Shown here piece after piece: positions 60,527-64,000 of a stretch of 64,000 bases of DNA (its first letter is position 1; each line of letters starts with the position of its first letter). Both the position numbers and the translations under genes were made by a program. The stretch lies in contig SYJA01000003.1 in assembly GCA_005798555.1 (NCBI GenBank), positions 2,626 through 66,625 on the forward strand. The letters are read 5' to 3'. A model generated the notes under the pieces. That model ran no database searches. It was not told the origin of the DNA and saw only the letters and a list, made by a program, of their open reading frames with translations. Origin of the DNA: Actinomycetota bacterium. GTDB taxonomy: Bacteria; Actinomycetota; Actinomycetes; S36-B12.

Positions 60527-62068
60527 TTAGCTCACGAAGTTATGCACCGCGTCGTAGTTCTCACTCTTCTTGCGTGTTGCGCCCACGATTAGGCCCACCA
60601 CGAAGAGCACGAATGGCGACAGGACAAGAATCCAGCCGGTCACGTTCATCTCCCATGGACCACCCTCGCCGGCGGAGGTGCCGGAGAACAGGTTGAAGCG
60701 GCTCATCAGCATGTATTCGCCGATCGCCAACCCGATGATTGCCAAGATTGGCGCAATCAGGGTGTTCCAGGGCCGAGTGTCTTCCTTGGTGCGACGGAAG
60801 TAAACGATCACCGAGATACTCACCATGATTTCGGTGAGCACGATGGCCAGTACCGCAACCGCGCCGAACCAGAAGAACATATGAACGATCGGGTCCAGAT
60901 TGAACAGGATGAAGATGACCGTGATCGCTACCGCCAAGATACTGACCACGATGGTCGCAATCCACGGTGCCTGGGCCCTGTTTGTGCGATCTAGTACCTT
61001 AGGCAGCACACCCGCGCGTCCCATGGCAAAGAAATAGCGCGCCGCCGAGTTCTGCATGGCGAGGCCGCCGGCGAACAGTGAGGTCAAGATGATCCAGCCG
61101 AAGAGTTCGCTCATCCAGGCGCCCACGTAGGTGGTCGAGGCGTTGAAGAGCACCGCCGAGGGATCAGAAAGTGGCACCCCATCGATTGCCGTCAGCTCAA
61201 ACACCTTGTTGGCGATATCGGTGGCACCAAGGCTGGTGACCAACCCAAGACCCACGATCGCGAATAATGCGGTAATCAAGATCACCGAGATATAGGTGGC
61301 CTGAGGTACCGTCTTCTTCGGATCCTTGGACTCCTCACCGTAGATAGCGGTTGCTTCGAAGCCAATGAACGAGGCGAGCGCAAAGGCGAATGCGATGCCG
61401 GCGCCACCGGTCAGGCCACCTTCGAAGATGGAGGCCGGGCTGAATGAAGCCCCGAGGTTTATGCCTTCGGGCCCACCGTTTATCAGAGTCGCAATCCCCA
61501 CGATGAGCAACGCGATGATCTCAATCGAGAGCAGGACGCCGAGCAACTTGGCACCGATATCAACCGATGCGGCCGACAGGATGAAGATCAGCGCAATGAT
61601 GACGAAGGCGTAAACCCACCACGGCAGGTCTAGGCCAAACTTCGCGGCGAACTGAAACTTCATCTGACCGGAGATGAAACCGAGGATGGCCCACATCACC
61701 GTGATGTAGGCAACGAGTGAGGCAAATGCAGTTCCAACACCTGGCACGATCCCTAGGCCGCGGCCCACATACGCAAAGAAGGCACCGGTGTTGGTTACGT
61801 GGTGGCTCATAGTCGCGTAGCCAACGCTGAACAACAGCAGCACGATACCGACCGCGACATACATACCCGCGGCACCCGCGCCGTCGCCGGCGCCTATTGC
61901 GACCGGGAACGCCCCCGAGAGCCCGGCCAAAGGTGCTGCTGCTGCAACAACGAAGAACACGATGCCGTAAAGGCCGAGCGTGCCCTTCTTAAGACTCGTC
62001 TGTTTGGTCTTTGGGTCGCCAGCACCGAGGTGCTTATCAGATTCCGGCAGATGCTCTCTTTGGGACAT
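60527..62068 (-). CDS. APC-family amino acid/amine permease
   Basis: FFVVAAAAPL, GAFFAYV..GLG, SFIGFEATAIYGEESKDPK, ARY.FAMGR.G.LP; ~12 TM helices; GGAGG RBS. Confidence 0.92.
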   Translation of the reverse strand: MSQREHLPESDKHLGAGDPKTKQTSLKKGTLGLYGIVFFVVAAAAPLAGLSGAFPVAIGAGDGAGAAGMYVAVGIVLLLFSVGYATMSHHVTNTGAFFAYVGRGLGIVPGVGTAFASLVAYITVMWAILGFISGQMKFQFAAKFGLDLPWWVYAFVIIALIFILSAASVDIGAKLLGVLLSIEIIALLIVGIATLINGGPEGINLGASFSPASIFEGGLTGGAGIAFAFALASFIGFEATAIYGEESKDPKKTVPQATYISVILITALFAIVGLGLVTSLGATDIANKVFELTAIDGVPLSDPSAVLFNASTTYVGAWMSELFGWIILTSLFAGGLAMQNSAARYFFAMGRAGVLPKVLDRTNRAQAPWIATIVVSILAVAITVIFILFNLDPIVHMFFWFGAVAVLAIVLTEIMVSISVIVYFRRTKEDTRPWNTLIAPILAIIGLAIGEYMLMSRFNLFSGTSAGEGGPWEMNVTGWILVLSPFVLFVVGLIVGATRKKSENYDAVHNFVS

Positions 62069-62177
62069 GTTTCCTCCGCGGATGTCCGCACTCGGTCATA
62101 CGGGGCCGAATGATGTACTGATCCTTGGGTTTACCGGGCGTTGAGTCAAGCCAAAGTCCGGTGTTTCCTGATTTTTT

Positions 62178-63422
62178 TCAGTTGTCGTAGAGCCGGGCCT
62201 TGCCAATACGCTCCAAGGCCACCTCGGCACTCCACGGCAGCATGGTCGAGCCCAACCTGGAGTCCCGGTACATGCGCTCGAGCGCCAGGTGCTTGAGCAT
62301 GGATTGCCCACCGCAAACCCGCACCGCCAGCCGCGCTACGTCATTTGCCGTCTCCATGGTGGTGTAGACCGCAGCCCACGCCGAAATCATCATGGATTCA
62401 TCTGGGTCCAGCACAGCGCCATCAACCGTGCGGTAAAGCAGCGCGCGGCTCTGCTCGAACTTGATCTGCATCTCCGCCCAGCCAATTTGCTTGACCGGAT
62501 TATCGCGACGTGCCGTACCTTTTGCCGCTCCCGGCAGCTCACCACGCAGATAAAGGCGGGTGAAATCCAAGATACCCTTTGTCAAGCCCAGATACGACGG
62601 TGCCAGTGACATGAAGAGGAACGGGAACCGCTGAGCCGCTTGGTCGTAGAGACCGCCCGGGAGAAGCTCGTCCTCGGCATCGACATAAACATCCTTCAAA
62701 AGCAGGGTGCGCGATACCGTGCCGCGCATGCCAAGTGGATCCCAGTCATCAAGAATCTCAACACCCTCGGCATCGGTGTGCACCGAAAGAAAGCGCAGGA
62801 AGTCCTCGCCGGGCACCTGGCAGGTGACGTTGTAGCGATTGGCGGCGCCGCTTAGTGATGCGAAGATCTTGCGCCCCGTCACGCGGTAACCCCCGCCTTC
62901 CACCGGAACGGCGGCGGTCGCCACACCAGCAAGCGCGTTGGGGTTTAGCCCCTCACTGAATGGTTGGGAGTGAATAATGTGCTTCACAACGACATCGCGG
63001 AACATCCGTGCGCGTCGCCGCTCATGTGTCTCGCGCTGCTCGGGAGTCATCTCAAGCAGATCGCTCACCTGACCGGCCCACAGCATCGTCGCGTTATGCA
63101 TGTTGAAGGTAAGAGCCGTTGCCCCGCAATGGCGCCCGATCTCCTCCGATACTCGCACGTAGTCCGAGTAGGTGGCCCCCATGCCGCCGTATTCCGTTGG
63201 CACGCAAAGTGCCAGGAACCCGGCATCGCGTAGGTCAGCGAAATTCTCGAAGGGGAAGACGGCATCTCGATCCACGGCAAATGCCCGTTCGGCAAACTTT
63301 GGCCCCATCTCGGCGATGGCGGCAACCATCTGATCTCGAGTCAGGTTGGACGGAGCCGAATTTGGGGCTCCGGTGGCGGCGCTGGCACCCTCATGGGGGG
63401 CGATCGTTGCGGTTGCTGACAT
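62178..63422 (-). CDS. acyl-CoA dehydrogenase-fold flavoprotein (dehydrogenase or two-component monooxygenase)
   Basis: FP.ENF.DL, P.EYGG.G, ATAL.FNMH, PFSE, G.K.FAS, WDPLGMRGT.S, CGG, LER.YRDSR. Confidence 0.85.
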   Translation of the reverse strand: MSATATIAPHEGASAATGAPNSAPSNLTRDQMVAAIAEMGPKFAERAFAVDRDAVFPFENFADLRDAGFLALCVPTEYGGMGATYSDYVRVSEEIGRHCGATALTFNMHNATMLWAGQVSDLLEMTPEQRETHERRRARMFRDVVVKHIIHSQPFSEGLNPNALAGVATAAVPVEGGGYRVTGRKIFASLSGAANRYNVTCQVPGEDFLRFLSVHTDAEGVEILDDWDPLGMRGTVSRTLLLKDVYVDAEDELLPGGLYDQAAQRFPFLFMSLAPSYLGLTKGILDFTRLYLRGELPGAAKGTARRDNPVKQIGWAEMQIKFEQSRALLYRTVDGAVLDPDESMMISAWAAVYTTMETANDVARLAVRVCGGQSMLKHLALERMYRDSRLGSTMLPWSAEVALERIGKARLYDN

Positions 63423-63450
63423 TGACCCAGCGTAGGGCACAAATCCTATT

Positions 63451-63467
63451 TGTCAACACCGTTGACA
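63451..63467. promoter_or_regulatory. palindromic operator / back-to-back -35 boxes of a divergent promoter
   Basis: TGTCAAC-acc-GTTGACA, giving TTGACA on both strands. Confidence 0.6.
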
Positions 63468-63518
63468 TAATTCGTTTCGGTGCCCTAGGTTTCGCGGATG
63501 CGCGAGGATGACCTACTG

Positions 63519-64000
63519 ATGGAAATTGCCGTGGACGTCGACACCCTTCCCACCGCTTGGCGCGAGTCAGGTGTCGGCCCGGTGGCCGTCTTCTTGCATG
63601 GGATCGGCAGTAGCCGCACCGGTTGGCGGCCGCAACTAACTGGGCTCGCTGACCTGCGCCGATGCGTGGCTTGGGATGCCCCCGGGTACGGAGCATCCCT
63701 GCCGGTCGATGAACCGACTTTTGCTGCGTACACCAACCGAGTCGCCGAACTGATAGCTGAAGTCTCCCCCGGTGCACCCGTTGACTTAGTCGGGATGTCC
63801 TTCGGCGGCATGATCGCGCAGTACGTCGCCGCTACCTGTCCGCAACTTGTTCGCACCTTGACGTTGTTGTGCACCAGTCCGAAATTCGGGCTCGATGGCA
63901 CCGACCCGGTCCAGTGGCGCGCCGCGCGACTTGCCGGACTTGATACGGCGGGTTCTCCCGGTGCCGCCGCACCATTTATCTTGCCCAGCTTGGCCGGCCC
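63519..64000 (+). CDS. alpha/beta hydrolase (enol-lactonase/C-C hydrolase-like), 3'-truncated by window edge
   Basis: Read manually: VFLHGIG.S..GW.PQL, AWDAPGYG.S, LVGMSFGGMIAQ; alternative in-frame ATG at 63498. Confidence 0.82.
   Translation, partial: MEIAVDVDTLPTAWRESGVGPVAVFLHGIGSSRTGWRPQLTGLADLRRCVAWDAPGYGASLPVDEPTFAAYTNRVAELIAEVSPGAPVDLVGMSFGGMIAQYVAATCPQLVRTLTLLCTSPKFGLDGTDPVQWRAARLAGLDTAGSPGAAAPFILPSLAG

Noticed and set aside
62069-62177. GlnR box upstream of the APC permease (gaaac/gtaaac words)
   Set aside because: The half-sites are not at the 11-nt spacing of GTNAC-N6-GAAAC.
1-64000. CRISPR array, rRNA/tRNA genes, integrase, transposase, prophage or restriction/defence island
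   Set aside because: No regularly spaced repeats, RNA-gene signatures or mobile-element motifs were seen by eye; only vapBC is defence-like. tRNAscan/Infernal were not run.

Overview
Chromosomal window from a high-GC actinomycete (Actinomycetota). This is inferred from mshA/mshD, carD, glnR, senX3-regX3, nur, glgM and a Streptomyces-like core gene order. I found no rRNA, tRNA, CRISPR array, integrase or transposase. The backbone is housekeeping: rlmB-cysS-ispF-ispD-carD, lipoprotein-regX3-senX3-phoU, mshA-ybjN-gpmA, XRE regulator, asparaginase, dtd, ygfZ-nur, glnR-mshD-ppk1-CHAD-mutT1 and glgC/glgM. Accessory blocks interrupt it: (i) a glnA4-type gamma-glutamylation cluster at 1.2-5.6 kb; (ii) an amidohydrolase + sulfatase + NitT/TauT ABC importer islet at 11.4-18.4 kb, inserted between carD and its usual lipoprotein neighbour; (iii) vapBC plus a deleted aldehyde dehydrogenase at 25.2-27.2 kb; (iv) a secreted GH5 cellulase and a trypsin-FN3 protease; and (v) a ~17 kb catabolic region at 46.8-64 kb. 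Region (v) holds two more GS-like gamma-glutamyl ligases, two different gamma-glutamyl hydrolases, a P450, ADH, SDR, ALDH, a FadR regulator, an APC permease and an anthranilate/benzoate-type CoA ligase. It is the best candidate for an undescribed system, an amine protect-oxidise-deprotect pathway. A second pattern is that four unrelated accessory genes carry clean internal deletions. All product calls come from motif and sequence recognition only; no database search was run.
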